Below the pieces are notes generated by a model that did not search any database, was not told the DNA's origin, and was given only the letters and a program-made list of their open reading frames with translations. A DNA stretch of 64,000 nt. Source: Eledone cirrhosa (Eukaryota). The stretch's first letter is position 1. Each line of letters opens with the position of its first letter. Positions 13,200 to 27,200 of this stretch are shown piece by piece. The position numbers and the translations under genes were made by a program. The DNA is taken from NCBI GenBank assembly GCA_964016885.1, contig OZ024741.1:3906001-3970000 (forward strand), in the 5' to 3' direction.

Positions 13200-16100
13200 C
13201 AACTGATGCTGGTAGTTTGTTCCATGGAGGTTTTAAAGGATGCAGTGTCTCGACAGCTAATAGCTGATGAAGGTAGTTTGTTCAATGGAGGTTTTAAAGG
13301 ATGCAGTGTCTCGACAGCTAGCAACTGGTACTGGTAGTTTGTTCCTTGGAGGTATTAAAGGATTCAGTGTCTCGACAGCTAACAACTGATGTAGTTAGTT
13401 TGTTCCATGGAGGTTTTAAAGGATGCAGTGTCACGACAGCTAACATCTGATGCAAGTAGTTTGTTCCATGGAGGTTTTAAAGGATGCAGTGTCTCGACAG
13501 CTCACAATTGATGCAGGTAGTTTGTTCCATGGAGGTTTTAAAGGATGCAGTGTCTCGACAGCTAACAACTGATGCAAGTAGTTTGTTCTATGGAGGTTTT
13601 AAAGGATGCAGTGTCTCGACAGCTAACAACTGATTCTGGTAGTTTGTTCCATGGAGGTTTTAAAGGATGCAGTGTCTCGACAGCTAACAACTGATTCTGG
13701 TAGTTTGTTCCATGGAGGTTTCAAACGATCCAGTATCTCGACAGCTAACAACTGATACAGGTAGTTTGTTCCATGGAGGTTTTAAAGGATGCAGTGTCGT
13801 GACAGCTAACAACTGATGCTGGTAGTTTGTTCCATGGAGATTTTAAAGGATCTAGTGTCTCGATAGCTAACAACTGATGCTGGTAGTTTGTCCCATGGAG
13901 GTTTTAAAGGATGCAGTGTCTCGACAGCTAACAACTGGTGCAGGTAGTTTGTTCCATGGAGGTTTTAAAAGATGCAGTGTCTCGACAGCTAACAACTGAT
14001 GCAGGTAGTTTGTTCCATAGAGGTTTTAAAGGATGCAGTGTCCGGACAGCTAACAACTGATGCAGGTAGTGTGTTCCATGGAGGTTTTTAAGGATGCAGT
14101 GTCTCGACAGCTAACAACTCATGCAGGTAGTTTGTTCCATAGAGGTTTTTAAGGATGCAGTGTCTCGACAGCTAACAACTGATGCAGGTAGTTTGTTCCA
14201 TGGAGGTTTTAATGGATCCAGTGTCTCGACAGCTAACAACTGATGCAGGTAGTTTGTTCCATGGAGGTTTTAATGGATCCAGTGTCTCGACAGCTAGCAA
14301 CTAATGAAGGTAGTTTGTTCCATGGAGGTTTTAAAGGATCCAGTGCCTCGACAGCTAACAACTGATGTAGGTAGTTTGTTCCATGGAGGTTTTAAAGGAT
14401 GCAGTGTCCCGACAGCTAACAACTGATGCAGGTAGTGTGTTCCATGGAGGTTTTTAAGGATGCAGTGTCTCGACAGCTAACAACTGATGCAGGTAGTTTG
14501 TTCCATAGAGGTTTTTAAAGATGCAGTGTCTCGACAGCTAACAACTAATGGAGGTAGTTTGTTCCATGGAGGTTTTAAAGGATCCAGTGTCTCGACAGCT
14601 AACAACTGATGCAGGTAGTTTGTTCCATGGAGGTTTTAAATGATGCAGTGTCTCGACAGCTAACAACTGATGCAAGTAGTTTGTTCCATGGAGGTTTTAA
14701 AGGATGCAGTGTCTCGACAGCTAACAACTGATGCAGGTAGTTTGTTCAATAGAGGTTTTTAAGGATGCAGTGTCTCGACAGCTAACAACTGATGCAGGTA
14801 GTTTGTTCCATGGAGGTTTTAATGGATCCAGTGTCTCGACAGCTAACAACTAATGAAGATAGTTTGTTCCATGGAGGTTTTAAAGGATCCAGTGTCTCGA
14901 CAGCTAACAACTGATGTAGGTAGTTTGTTCCATAGAGGTTTTAAAGGATGCAGTGTCTCGACAGCTAACAACTGGTGCAGGTAGATTGTTCCATGGAGGT
15001 TCTAAAGGATGCAGTGTCTCGACAGCTAACAACTGATGCAGGTAGTTTGTTCCATAGAGGTTTTTAAGGATGCAGTGTCTCGACAGCTAACAACTGATGC
15101 AGGTAGTTTGTTCCATGGAGGTTTTAATGGATCCAGTGTCTCGACAGCTAACAACTAATGGAGGTAGTTTGTTCCATGGAGGTTTTAAAGGATCCAGTGT
15201 CTCGACAGCTAACAACTGATTCTGGTAGTTTGTTCCATGGAGGTTTCAAACGATCCAGTGTCTCGACAGCTAACAACTGATGCAGGTAGTGTGTTCCATG
15301 GAGGTTTTTAAGGATGCAGTGTCTCGACAGCTAACAACTGGTGCAGGTAGTTTGTTCCATGGAGGTTTTAAAAGATGCAGTGTCTCGACAGCTAACAACT
15401 GATGCAGGTAGTGTGTTCCATGGAGGTTTTAAAGGATCCAGTGTCTCGACAGCTAACAACTGATGTAGGTAGTTTGTTCCATGGAGGTTTTAAAGGATGC
15501 AGTGTCCCGACAGCTAACAACTGATGCAGGTAGTGTGTTCCATGGAGGTTTTTAAGGATGCAGTGTCTCGACAGCTAACAACTCATGCAGGTAGTTTGTT
15601 CCATAGAGGTTTTTAAAGATGCAGTGTCTCGACAGCTAACAACTGATGAAGGTAGTTTGTTCAATGGAGGTTTTAAAGGATGCAGTGTCTCGACAGCTAG
15701 CAACTGGTACTGGTAGTTTGTTCCTTGGAGGTATTAAAGGATTCAGTGTCTCGACAGCTAACAACTGATGTAGTTAGTTTGTTCCATGGAGGTTTTAAAG
15801 GATGCAGTGTCACGACAGCTAACAACTGATACAAGTAGTTTGTTCCATGGAGGTTTTAAAGGATCCAGTGTCTCGACAGCTAACAACTGATGTAGGTAGT
15901 TTGTTCCATGGAGGTTTTAATGGATCCAATGTCTCGACAGCTAACAACTGATGTAGGTAGTTTGTTCCATGGAGGTTTTAAAGGATCCAGTGTCTCAACA
16001 GCTAACAACTGATGCTGGTAGTTTGTTCAATGGAGGTTTTAAAGGATGCAGTGTCTCGACAGCTAGCAACTGGTACTGGTAGTTTGTTCCTTGGAGGTAT

Positions 16101-19100
16101 TAAAGGATTCAGTGTCTCGACAGCTAACAACTGATGTAGTTAGTTTGTTCCATGGAGGTTTTAAAGGATGCAGTGTCACGACAGCTAACAACTGATGCAA
16201 GTAGTTTGTTCCATGGAGGTTTTAAAGGATGCAGTGTCTCGACAGCTAACAATTGATGCAGATAGTTTGTTCCATGGAGGTTTTAAAGGATGCAGTGTCT
16301 CGACAGCTAACAACTGATGCAAGTAGTTTGTTCTATGGAGGTTTTAAAGGATGCAGTGTCTCGACAGCTAACAACTGATTCTGGTAGTTTGTTCCATGGA
16401 GGTTTTAAAGGATGCAGTGTCTCGATATCTAACAACTGATTCTGGTAGTTTGTTCCATGGAGGTTTTAAAGGATGCAGTGTCTCGACAGCTAACAACTGA
16501 TTCTGGTAGTTTGTTCCATGGAGGTTTTAAAGGATGCAGTGTCTCGACAGCTAACAACTGATTCTGGTAGTTTGTTCCATGGAGGTTTCAAACGATCCAG
16601 TGTCTCGACAGCTAACAACTGATGCAGGTAGTTTGTTCCATGGATGTTTTAAAGCATCCAGTGTCTCGACAGCTAACAACTAGTGCAGGTATTTGGTTCC
16701 ATGGAGGTTTTTAAGGATGCAGTGTCTCGACAGCTAACAACTGATGCAGATAGTTTGTTCCATGGAGGTTTTAATGGATCCAGTGTCTCGACAGCTAAAA
16801 ACTGATGCAGGTAGTTTGTTCCATGGATGTTTTAATGGATCCAGTGTCTCGACAGCTAGCAACTAATGGAGGTAGTTTGTTCCATAGATGTTTTAAAGGA
16901 TGCAGTGTCCGGACAGCTAACAACTGATGCAGGTAGTGTGTTCCATGGAGGTTTTTAAGGATGCAATGTCTCGACAGCTAACAACTGATGCAGGTAGTTT
17001 GTTCCATGGAGGTTTTTAAGGATGCAGTGTCTCGACAGCTAACAACTGATGCAGGTAGTTTGTTCCATGGAGGTTTTAAAGGATGCAGTGTCTCGACAGC
17101 TAATAGCTGATGAAGGTAGTTTGTTCAATGGAGGTTTTAAAGGATGCAGTGTCTCGACAGCTAGCAACTGGTACTGGTAGTTTGTTCCTTGGAGGTATTA
17201 AAGGATTCAGTGTCTCGACAGCTAACAACTGATGTAGTTAGTTTGTTCCATGGAGGTTTTAAAGGATGCAGTGTCACGACAGCTAACATCTGATGCAAGT
17301 AGTTTGTTCCATGGAGGTTTTAAAGGATGCAGTGTCTCGACAGCTAACAATTGATGCAGGTAGTTTGTTCCATGGAGGTTTTAAAGGATGCAGTGTCTCG
17401 ACAGCTAACAACTGATGCAAGTAGTTTGTTCTATGGAGGTTTTAAAGGATGCAGTGTCTCGACAGCTAACAACTGATTCTGGTAGTTTGTTCCATGGAGG
17501 TGTTAAAGGATGCAGTGTCTCGACAGCTAACAACTGATTCTGGTAGTTTGTTCCATGGAGGTTTCAAACGATCCAGTGTCTCGACAGCTAACAACTGATA
17601 CAGGTAGTTTGTTCCATGGAGGTTTTAAAGGATGCAGTGTCGTGACAGCTAACAACTGATGCTGGTAGTTTGTTCCATGGAGATTTTAAAGGATCTAGTG
17701 TCTCGATAGCTAACAACTGATGCTGGTAGTTTGTCCCATGGAGGTTTTAAAGGATGCAGTGTCTCGACAGCTAACAACTGGTGCAGGTAGTTTGTTCCAT
17801 GGAGGTTTTAAAAGATGCAGTGTCTCGACAGCTAACAACTGATGCAGGTAGTTTGTTCCATAGAGGTTTTAAAGGATGCAGTGTCCGGACAGCTAACAAC
17901 TGATGCAGGTAGTGTGTTCCATGGAGGTTTTTAAGGATGCAGTGTCTCGACAGCTAACAACTCATGCAGGTAGTTTGTTCCATAGAGGTTTTTAAGGATG
18001 CAGTGTCTCGACAGCTAACAACTGATGCAGATAGTTTGTTCCATGGAGGTTTTAATGGATCCAGTGTCTCGACAGCTAACAACTGATGCAGGTAGTTTGT
18101 TCCATGGAGGTTTTAATGGATCCAGTGTCTCGACAGCTAGCAACTAATGAAGGTAGTTTGTTCCATGGAGGTTTTAAAGGATCCAGTGTCTCGACAGCTA
18201 ACAACTGATGTAGGTAGTTTGTTCCATGGAGGTTTTAAAGGATGCAGTGTCCCGACAGCTAACAACTGATGCAGGTAGTGTGTTCCATGGAGGTTTTTAA
18301 GGATGCAGTGTCTCGACAGCTAACAACTGATGCAGGTAGTTTGTTCCATAGAGGTTTTTAAAGATGCAGTGTCTCGACAGCTAACAACTAATGGAGGTAG
18401 TTTGTTCCATGGAGGTTTTAAAGGATCCAGTGTCTCGACAGCTAACAACTGATGCAGGTAGTTTGTTCCATGGAGGTTTTAAATGATGCAGTGTCTCGAC
18501 AGCTAACAACTGATGCAAGTAGTTTGTTCCATGGAGGTTTTAAAGGATGCAGTGTCTCGACAGCTAACAACTGATGCAGGTAGTTTGTTCAATAGAGGTT
18601 TTTAAGGATGCAGTGTCTCGACAGCTAACAACTGATGCAGGTAGTTTGTTCCATGGAGGTTTTAATGGATCCAGTGTCTCGACAGCTAACAACTAATGAA
18701 GATAGTTTGTTCCATGGAGGTTTTAAAGGATCCAGTGTCTCGACAGCTAACAACTGATGTAGGTAGTTTGTTCCATAGAGGTTTTAAAGGATGCAGTGTC
18801 TCGACAGCTAACAACTGGTGCAGGTAGATTGTTCCATGGAGGTTCTAAAGGATGCAGTGTCTCGACAGCTAACAACTGATGCAGGTAGTTTGTTCCATAG
18901 AGGTTTTTAAGGATGCAGTGTCTCGACAGCTAACAACTGATGCAGGTAGTTTGTTCCATGGAGGTTTTAATGGATCCAGTGTCTCGACAGCTAACAACTA
19001 ATGGAGGTAGTTTGTTCCATGGAGGTTTTAAAGGATCCAGTGTCTCGACAGCTAACAACTGATTCTAGTAGTTTGTTCCATGGAGGTTTCAAACGATCCA

Positions 19101-20950
19101 GTGTCTCGACAGCTAACAACTGATGCAGGTAGTGTGTTCCATGGAGGTTTTTAAGGATGCAGTGTCTCGACAGCTAACAACTGGTGCAGGTAGTTTGTTC
19201 CATGGAGGTTTTAAAAGATGCAGTGTCTCGACAGCTAACAACTGATGCAGGTAGTGTGTTCCATGGAGGTTTTAAAGGATCCAGTGTCTCGACAGCTAAC
19301 AACTGATGTAGGTAGTTTGTTCCATGGAGGTTTTAAAGGATGCAGTGTCCCGACAGCTAACAACTGATGCAGGTAGTGTGTTCCATGGAGGTTTTTAAGG
19401 ATGCAGTGTCTCGACAGCTAACAACTCATGCAGGTAGTTTGTTCCATAGAGGTTTTTAAAGATGCAGTGTCTCGACAGCTAACAACTGATGAAGGTAGTT
19501 TGTTCAATGGAGGTTTTAAAGGATGCAGTGTCTCGACAGCTAGCAACTGGTACTGGTAGTTTGTTCCTTGGAGGTATTAAAGGATTCAGTGTCTCGACAG
19601 CTAACAACTGATGTAGTTAGTTTGTTCCATGGAGGTTTTAAAGGATGCAGTGTCACGACAGCTAACAACTGATACAAGTAGTTTGTTCCATGGAGGTTTT
19701 AAAGGATCCAGTGTCTCGACAGCTAACAACTGATGTAGGTAGTTTGTTCCATGGAGGTTTTAATGGATCCAATGTCTCGACAGCTAACAACTGATGTAGG
19801 TAGTTTGTTCCATGGAGGTTTTAAAGGATCCAGTGTCTCAACAGCTAACAACTGATGCTGGTAGTTTGTTCCATGGAGGTTTTAAAGGATGCAGTGTCTC
19901 GACAGCTAATAGCTGATGAAGGTAGTTTGTTCAATGGAGGTTTTAAAGGATGCAGTGTCTCGACAGCTAGCAACTGGTACTGGTAGTTTGTTCCTTGGAG
20001 GTATTAAAGGATTCAGTGTCTCGACAGCTAACAACTGATGTAGTTAGTTTGTTCCATGGAGGTTTTAAAGGATGCAGTGTCACGACAGCTAACAACTGAT
20101 GCAAGTAGTTTGTTCCATGGAGGTTTTAAAGGATGCAGTGTCTCGACAGCTAACAATTGATGCAGGTAGTTTGTTCCATGGAGGTTTTAAAGGATGCAGT
20201 GTCTCGACAGCTAACAACTGATGCAAGTAGTTTGTTCTATGGAGGTTTTAAAGGATGCAGTGTCTCGACAGCTAACAACTGATTCTGGTAGTTTGTCCCA
20301 TGGAGGTTTTAAAGGATGCAGTGTCTCGATATCTAACAACTGATTCTGGTAGTTTGTTCCATGGAGGTTTTAAAGGATGCAGTGTCTCGACAGCTAACAA
20401 CTGATTCTGGTAGTTTGTTCCATGGAGGTTTTAAAGGATGCAGTGTCTCGACAGCTAACAACTGATTCTGGTAGTTTGTTCCATGGAGGTTTCAAACGAT
20501 CCAGTGTCTCGACAGCTAACAACTGATGCAGGTAGTTTGTTCCATGGATGTTTTAAAGCATCCAGTATCTCGACAGCTAACAACTAGTGCAGGTATTTGG
20601 TTCCATGGAGGTTTTTAAGGATGCAGTGTCTCGACAGCTAACAACTGATGCAGATAGTTTGTTCCATGGAGGTTTTAATGGATCCAGTGTCTCGACAGCT
20701 AAAAACTGATGCAGGTAGTTTGTTCCATGGATGTTTTAATGGATCCAGTGTCTCGACAGCTAGCAACTAATGGAGGTAGTTTGTTCCATAGATGTTTTAA
20801 AGGATGCAGTGTCCGGACAGCTAACAACTGATGCAGGTAGTGTGTTCCATGGAGGTTTTTAAGGATGCAATGTGTCGACAGCTAACAACTGATACAGGTA
20901 GTTTGTTCCATGGAGGTTTTTAAGGATGCAGTGTCTCGACAGCTAACAAC
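13200..20950. repeat. Higher-order tandem duplication, 63-64 monomers (boundaries approximate)
   Basis: Rare variants recur at offset 3843 = 63x61 (AACATCTG 13444/17287; GTCCCATGG 13891/17734) and 3904 = 64x61 (CTCGATATCT 16421/20325). Confidence 0.85.
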
Positions 20951-23900
20951 TGATGCAGGTAGTTTGTTCCATGGAGGTTTTAATGGATCCAGTGTCTCGA
21001 CAGCTAACAACTGATGCAGGTAGTTTGTTCCATGGAGGTTTTAATGGATCCAGTGTCTCGACAGCTAACAACTAATGAAGGTAGTTTGTTCCATGGAGGT
21101 TTTAAAGGATCCAGTGTCTCGACAGCTAACAACTGATGTAGGTAGTTTGTTCCATGGAGGTTTTAAAGGATGCAGTGTCCCGACAGCTAACAACTGATGC
21201 AGGTAGTGTGTTCCATGGAGGTTTTTAAGGATGCAGCGTCTCGACAGCTAACAACTGATGCAGGTAGTTTGTTCCATAGAGGTTTTTAAAGATGCAGTGT
21301 CTCGACAGCTAACAACTGATGCAGGTAGTTTGTTCCATGGAGGTTTTAATGGATCCAGTGTCTCGACAGCTAACAACTAATGGAGGTAGTTTGTTCCATG
21401 GAGGTTTTAAAGGATCCAGTGTCTCGACAGCTAACAACTGATGTAGGTAGTTTGTTCCATGGAGGTTTTAAAGGATCCAGTGTCTCAACAGCTAACAACT
21501 GATGCTGGTAGTTTGTTCCATGGAGGTTTTAAAGGATGCAGTGTCTCGACAGCTAATAGCTGATGAAGGTAGTTTGTTCAATGGAGGTTTTAAAGGATGC
21601 AGTGTCTCGACAGCTAGCAACTGGTGCTGGTAGTTTGTTCCTTGGAGGTATTAAAGGATTCAGTGTCTCGACAGCTAACAACTGATTCTGGTAGTGTGTT
21701 CCATGGAGGTTTCAAACGATCCAGTGTCTCGACAGCTAACAACTGATGCAGGTAGTTTGTTCCATGGAGGTTTTAATGGATGCAGTATCTCAAAAGCTAA
21801 CAACTGATGCAGGTAGTTTGTTCCATGGAGGTTTTTAAGGATGCAGTGTCTCGACAGCTAACAACTGATGCAGGTAGTTTGTTCCATAGAGGTTTTTAAG
21901 GATGCAGTGTCTCGACAGCTAACAACTGATGCAGGTAGTTTGTTCCATGGAGGTTTTAATGGATCCAGTGTCTCGACAGCTAACAACTGATGCAGGTAGT
22001 TTGTTCCATGGAGGTTTTAATGGATCCAGTGTCTCGACAGCTAACAACTAATGAAGGTAGTTTGTTCCATGGAGGTTTTAAAGGATCCAGTGTCTCGACA
22101 GCTAACAACTGATGTAGGTAGTTTGTTCCATGGAGGTTTTAAAGGATGCAGTGTCCCGACAGCTAACATCTGATGCAGGTAGTGTGTTCCATGGAGGGTT
22201 TTAAGGATGCAGTGTCTCGACAGCTAACAACTGATGCAGGTAGTTTGTTCCATAGAGGTTTTTAAAGATGCAGTGTCTCGACAGCTAACAACTGATGCAG
22301 GTAGTTTGTTCCATGGAGGTTTTAATGGATCCAGTGTCTCGACAGCTAACAACTGATGAAGATAGTTTGTTCCATGGAGGTTTTAAAGGATCCAGTGTCT
22401 CGACAGCTAACAACTGATGTAGGTAGTTTGTTCCATGGAGGTTTTAAAGGATGCAGTGTCTCGACAGCTAACAACTGATGTAGGTAGTTTGTTCCATAGA
22501 GGTTTTAAAGGATGCAGTGTCCGGACAGCTAACAACTGATGCAGGTAGTGTGTTCCATGGAGGTTTTTAAGGATGCAATGTCTCGACAGCTAACAACTGA
22601 TACAGGTAGTTTGTTCCATGGAGGTTTTTAAGGATGCAGTGTCTCGACAGCTAACAACTGATGCAGGTAGTTTGTTCCATGGAGGTTTTAATGGATCCAG
22701 TGTCTCGACAGCTAACAACTGATGCAGGTAGTTTGTTCCATGGAGGTTTTAATGGATCCAGTGTCTCGACAGCTAACAACTAATGAAGGTAGTTTGTTCC
22801 ATGGAGGTTTTAAAGGATCCAGTGTCTCGACAGCTAACAACTGATGTAGGTAGTTTGTTCCATGGAGGTTTTAAAGGATGCAGTGTCCCGACAGCTAACA
22901 ACTGATGCAGGTAGTGTGTTCCATGGAGGTTTTTAAGGATGCAGCGTCTCGACAGCTAACAACTGATGCAGGTAGTTTGTTCCATAGAGGTTTTTAAAGA
23001 TGCAGTGTCTCGACAGCTAACAACTGATGCAGGTAGTTTGTTCCATGGAGGTTTTAATGGATCCAGTGTCTCGACAGCTAACAACTAATGGAGGTAGTTT
23101 GTTCCATGGAGGTTTTAAAGGATCCAGTGTCTCGACAGCTAACAACTGATGTAGGTAGTTTGTTCCATGGAGGTTTTAAAGGATCCAGTGTCTCAACAGC
23201 TAACAACTGATGCTGGTAGTTTGTTCCATGGAGGTTTTAAAGGATGCAGTGTCTCGACAGCTAATAGCTGATGAAGGTAGTTTGTTCAATGGAGGTTTTA
23301 AAGGATGCAGTGTCTCGACAGCTAGCAACTGGTGCTGGTAGTTTGTTCCTTGGAGGTATTAAAGGATTCAGTGTCTCGACAGCTAACAACTGATTCTGGT
23401 AGTGTGTTCCATGGAGGTTTCAAACGATCCAGTGTCTCGACAGCTAACAACTGATGCAGGTAGTTTGTTCCATGGAGGTTTTAATGGATGCAGTATCTCA
23501 AAAGCTAACAACTGATGCAGGTAGTTTGTTCCATGGAGGTTTTTAAGGATGCAGTGTCTCGACAGCTAACAACTGATGCAGGTAGTTTGTTCCATAGAGG
23601 TTTTTAAGGATGCAGTGTCTCGACAGCTAACAACTGATGCAGGTAGTTTGTTCCATGGAGGTTTTAATGGATCCAGTGTCTCGACAGCTAACAACTGATG
23701 CAGGTAGTTTGTTCCATGGAGGTTTTAATGGATCCAGTGTCTCGACAGCTAACAACTAATGAAGGTAGTTTGTTCCATGGAGGTTTTAAAGGATCCAGTG
23801 TCTCGACAGCTAACAACTGATGTAGGTAGTTTGTTCCATGGAGGTTTTAAAGGATGCAGTGTCCCGACAGCTAACATCTGATGCAGGTAGTGTGTTCCAT

Positions 23901-24200
23901 GGAGGGTTTTAAGGATGCAGTGTCTCGACAGCTAACAACTGATGCAGGTAGTTTGTTCCATAGAGGTTTTTAAAGATGCAGTGTCTCGACAGCTAACAAC
24001 TGATGCAGGTAGTTTGTTCCATGGAGGTTTTAATGGATCCAGTGTCTCGACAGCTAACAACTGATGAAGATAGTTTGTTCCATGGAGGTTTTAAAGGATC
24101 CAGTGTCTCGACAGCTAACAACTGATGTAGGTAGTTTGTTCCATGGAGGTTTTAAAGGATGCAGTGTCTCGACAGCTAACAACTGATGTAGGTAGTTTGT
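20780..24200. repeat. Higher-order tandem duplication, 28 monomers x2 (boundaries approximate)
   Basis: Offset 1708 = 28x61 for GATACAGG 20891/22599, GCAGCGTC 21233/22941 and CATCTG 22167/23875. Confidence 0.9.
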
Positions 24201-27200
24201 TCCATAGAGGTTTTAAAGGATGCAGTGTCTCGACAGCTAACAACTGATGCAGGTAGTTTGTTCCATAGAGGTTTTAAAGGATGCAGTGTCTCGACAGCTA
24301 ACAACTGATGCAGGTAGTTTGTTCCATAGAGGTTTTTAAGGATGCAGTGTCTCGACAGCTAACAACTGATGCAGGTAGTTTGTTCCATGGAGGTTTTAAT
24401 GGATCCAGTGTCTCGACAGTTAACAACTGATTCTGGTAGTTTGTTCCATGGAGGTTTCAAACGATCCAGTGTCTCGACAGCTAACAACTGGTACAGGTAG
24501 TTTGTTCCATGGAGGTTTTAAAAGATGCAGTGTCTCGACAGCTAACAACAGATGCAGGTAGTTTGTTCTATGGAGGTTTTAAAGGATCCAGTGTCTCGAC
24601 AGCTAACAACTGATGTAGGTAGTTTGTTCCATGGAGGTTTTTAAGGATCCAGTGTCTCAACAGCTAACAACTGATGCTGGTAGTTTGTTCCATGGAGGTT
24701 TTAAAGGATGCAGTGTCTCGACTGCTAACAACTGATTCTGGTAGTTTGTTCCATGGAGGTTTCAAACGATCCAGTGTCTCGACAGCTAACAACTGATGCA
24801 GGTAGTTTGTTCCATGGAGGTTTCAAACGATCCAGTGTCTCGACAGCTAACAGCTGATGAAGGTAGTTTGTTCAATGGAGGTTTTAAAGGATGCAGTGTC
24901 TCGACAGCTAGCAACTAGTGCTGGTAGTTTGTTCCTTGGAGGTATTAAAGGATTCAGTGTCTCGACAGCTAACAACTGATTCTGGTAGTGTGTTACATGG
25001 AGGTTTCAAACGATCCAGTGTCTCGACAGCTAACAACTGATGCAGGTAGTTTGTTCCATGGATGTTTTAAAGGATGCAGTGTCTCGACAGCTAACAACTG
25101 ATGCAGGTAGTTTGTTCCATGGAGGTTTTAAAGGATGCAGTGTCTCGACAGCTAACAACTGATTCTGGTAGTTTGTTCCATGGAGGTTTCAAACGATCCA
25201 GTGTCTCGACAGCTAACAACTGATGCAGGTAGTTTGTTCCATGGATGTTTTAAAGGATGCAGTGTCTCGACAGCTAACAACTGATGCTGGTAGTTTGTTC
25301 CATGGAGATTTTAAAGGATGCAGTGTCTCGATAGCTAACAACTGATGCTGGTAGTTTGTTCCATGGAGGTTTTAAAGGATGCAGTGTCTTGACAGCTAAC
25401 AACTGATGGAGGTAGTTTGTTCCATGGATGTTTTAAAGGATGCAGTGTCGCGACAGCTAACAACCGATGCTGGTAGTTTGTTCCATGGAGGTTTTAAAGG
25501 ATCCAGTATCTCGACAGCTAACAGCTGATGCTGGTAGTTTGTTCCATGGAGGTTTTAAAGGATGCAGTGTCTCGACAGCTAACAACTGATGCAGGTAGTT
25601 TGTTCCATGGAGGTTTTAAAGGATGCAGTATCTCAAAAGCTAACAACTGATGCAGGTAGTTTGTTCCATGGAGGGTTTAATGGATCCAGTTTCTCGACAG
25701 CTAACAACTAATGAAGGTAGTTTGTTCCATGGAGGTTTTAAAGGATGCAGTGTCTCGACAGCTAACAACTGATGCAGGTAGTTTATTCCATAGAGGTTTT
25801 TAAGGATGCAGTGTCTTGACAGCTAACAACTGATGCAGGTAGTTTGTTCCATGGAGGTTTTAATGGATCCAGTGTCTCGACAGCTAACAACTAATGAAGG
25901 TAGTTTGTTCCATGCAGGTTTTAAAGGATCCAGTGTCTCGACAGCTAACAACTGATGTAGTTAGTTTGTTCCATAGAGGTTTTAAAGGATGCAGTGTCTC
26001 GACAGCTAACAACTGATGCAAGTAGTTTGTTCCATGGAGGTTTTAAAGGATGCAGTGTCTCGACAGCTAACAATTGATGCAGGTAGTTTGTTCCGTGGAG
26101 GTTTTAAAGGATGCAGTGTCTCGACAGCTAACAACTGATGCAAGTAGTTTGTTCCATGGAGGTTTTAAAGGATGCAGTGTCTCGACAGCTAACAACTGAT
26201 TCTGGTAGTTTGTTCAATGGTGGTTTTAAAGGATGCAGTGTCTTGACAGCTAACAACTGGTGCTGGTAGTTTGTTCCATGGAGGTTTTAAAGGATGCAGT
26301 GTCTCGACAGCTAACAACTGATTCTGGTAGTTGGTTCCATGGAGGTTTCAAACGATCCAGTGTCTCGACAGCTAACAACTGATGCAGGTAGTTTGTTCCA
26401 TGGATGTTTTAAAGGATGCAGTGTCTCGACAGCTAACAACTGATGCTGGTAGTTTGTTCCATGGAGGTTTTAAAGGATGCAGTATCTCAAAAGCTAACAA
26501 CTGATGCAGGTAGTTTGTTCCATAGAGGTTTTAAAGGATGCAGTGTCCGGACAGCTAACAACTGATGTAGGTAGTGTGTTCCATGGAGGTTTTTAACGAT
26601 GCAGTGTCTCGACAGCTAACAACTGATGCAGGTAGTTTGTTCCATAGAGGTTTTTAAGGATGCAGTGTCTTGACAGCTAACAACTGATGCAGGTAGTTTG
26701 TTCCATGGAGGTTTTAATGGATCCAGTGTCTCTACAGCTAACAACTGATGCAGGTAGTTTGTTCCATGGAGGTTTTAATGGATCCAGTGTCTCGACAGCT
26801 AACAACTAATGAAGGTAGTTTGTTCCATGGAGGTTTTAAAGGATCCAGTGTCTCGACAGCTAACAACTGATGTAGGTAGTTTGTTCCATAGAGGTTTTAA
26901 AGGATGCAGTGTCCCGACAGCTAACAACTGATGCAGGTAGTGTGTTCCATGGAGGTTTTTAAGGATGCAGTGTCTTGACAGCTAACAACTGATGCAGGTA
27001 GTTTGTTCCATAGAGGTTTTTAAAGATGGCAGTGTCTCGACAGCTAACAACTGATGCAGGTAGTTTGTTCCATGGAGGTTTTAATGGATCCAGTGTCTCG
27101 ACAGCTAACAACTAATGGAGGTAGTTTGTTCCATGGAGGTTTTAAAGGATCCAGTGTCTCGACAGCTAACAACTGATGTAGGTAGTCTGTTCCATGGAGG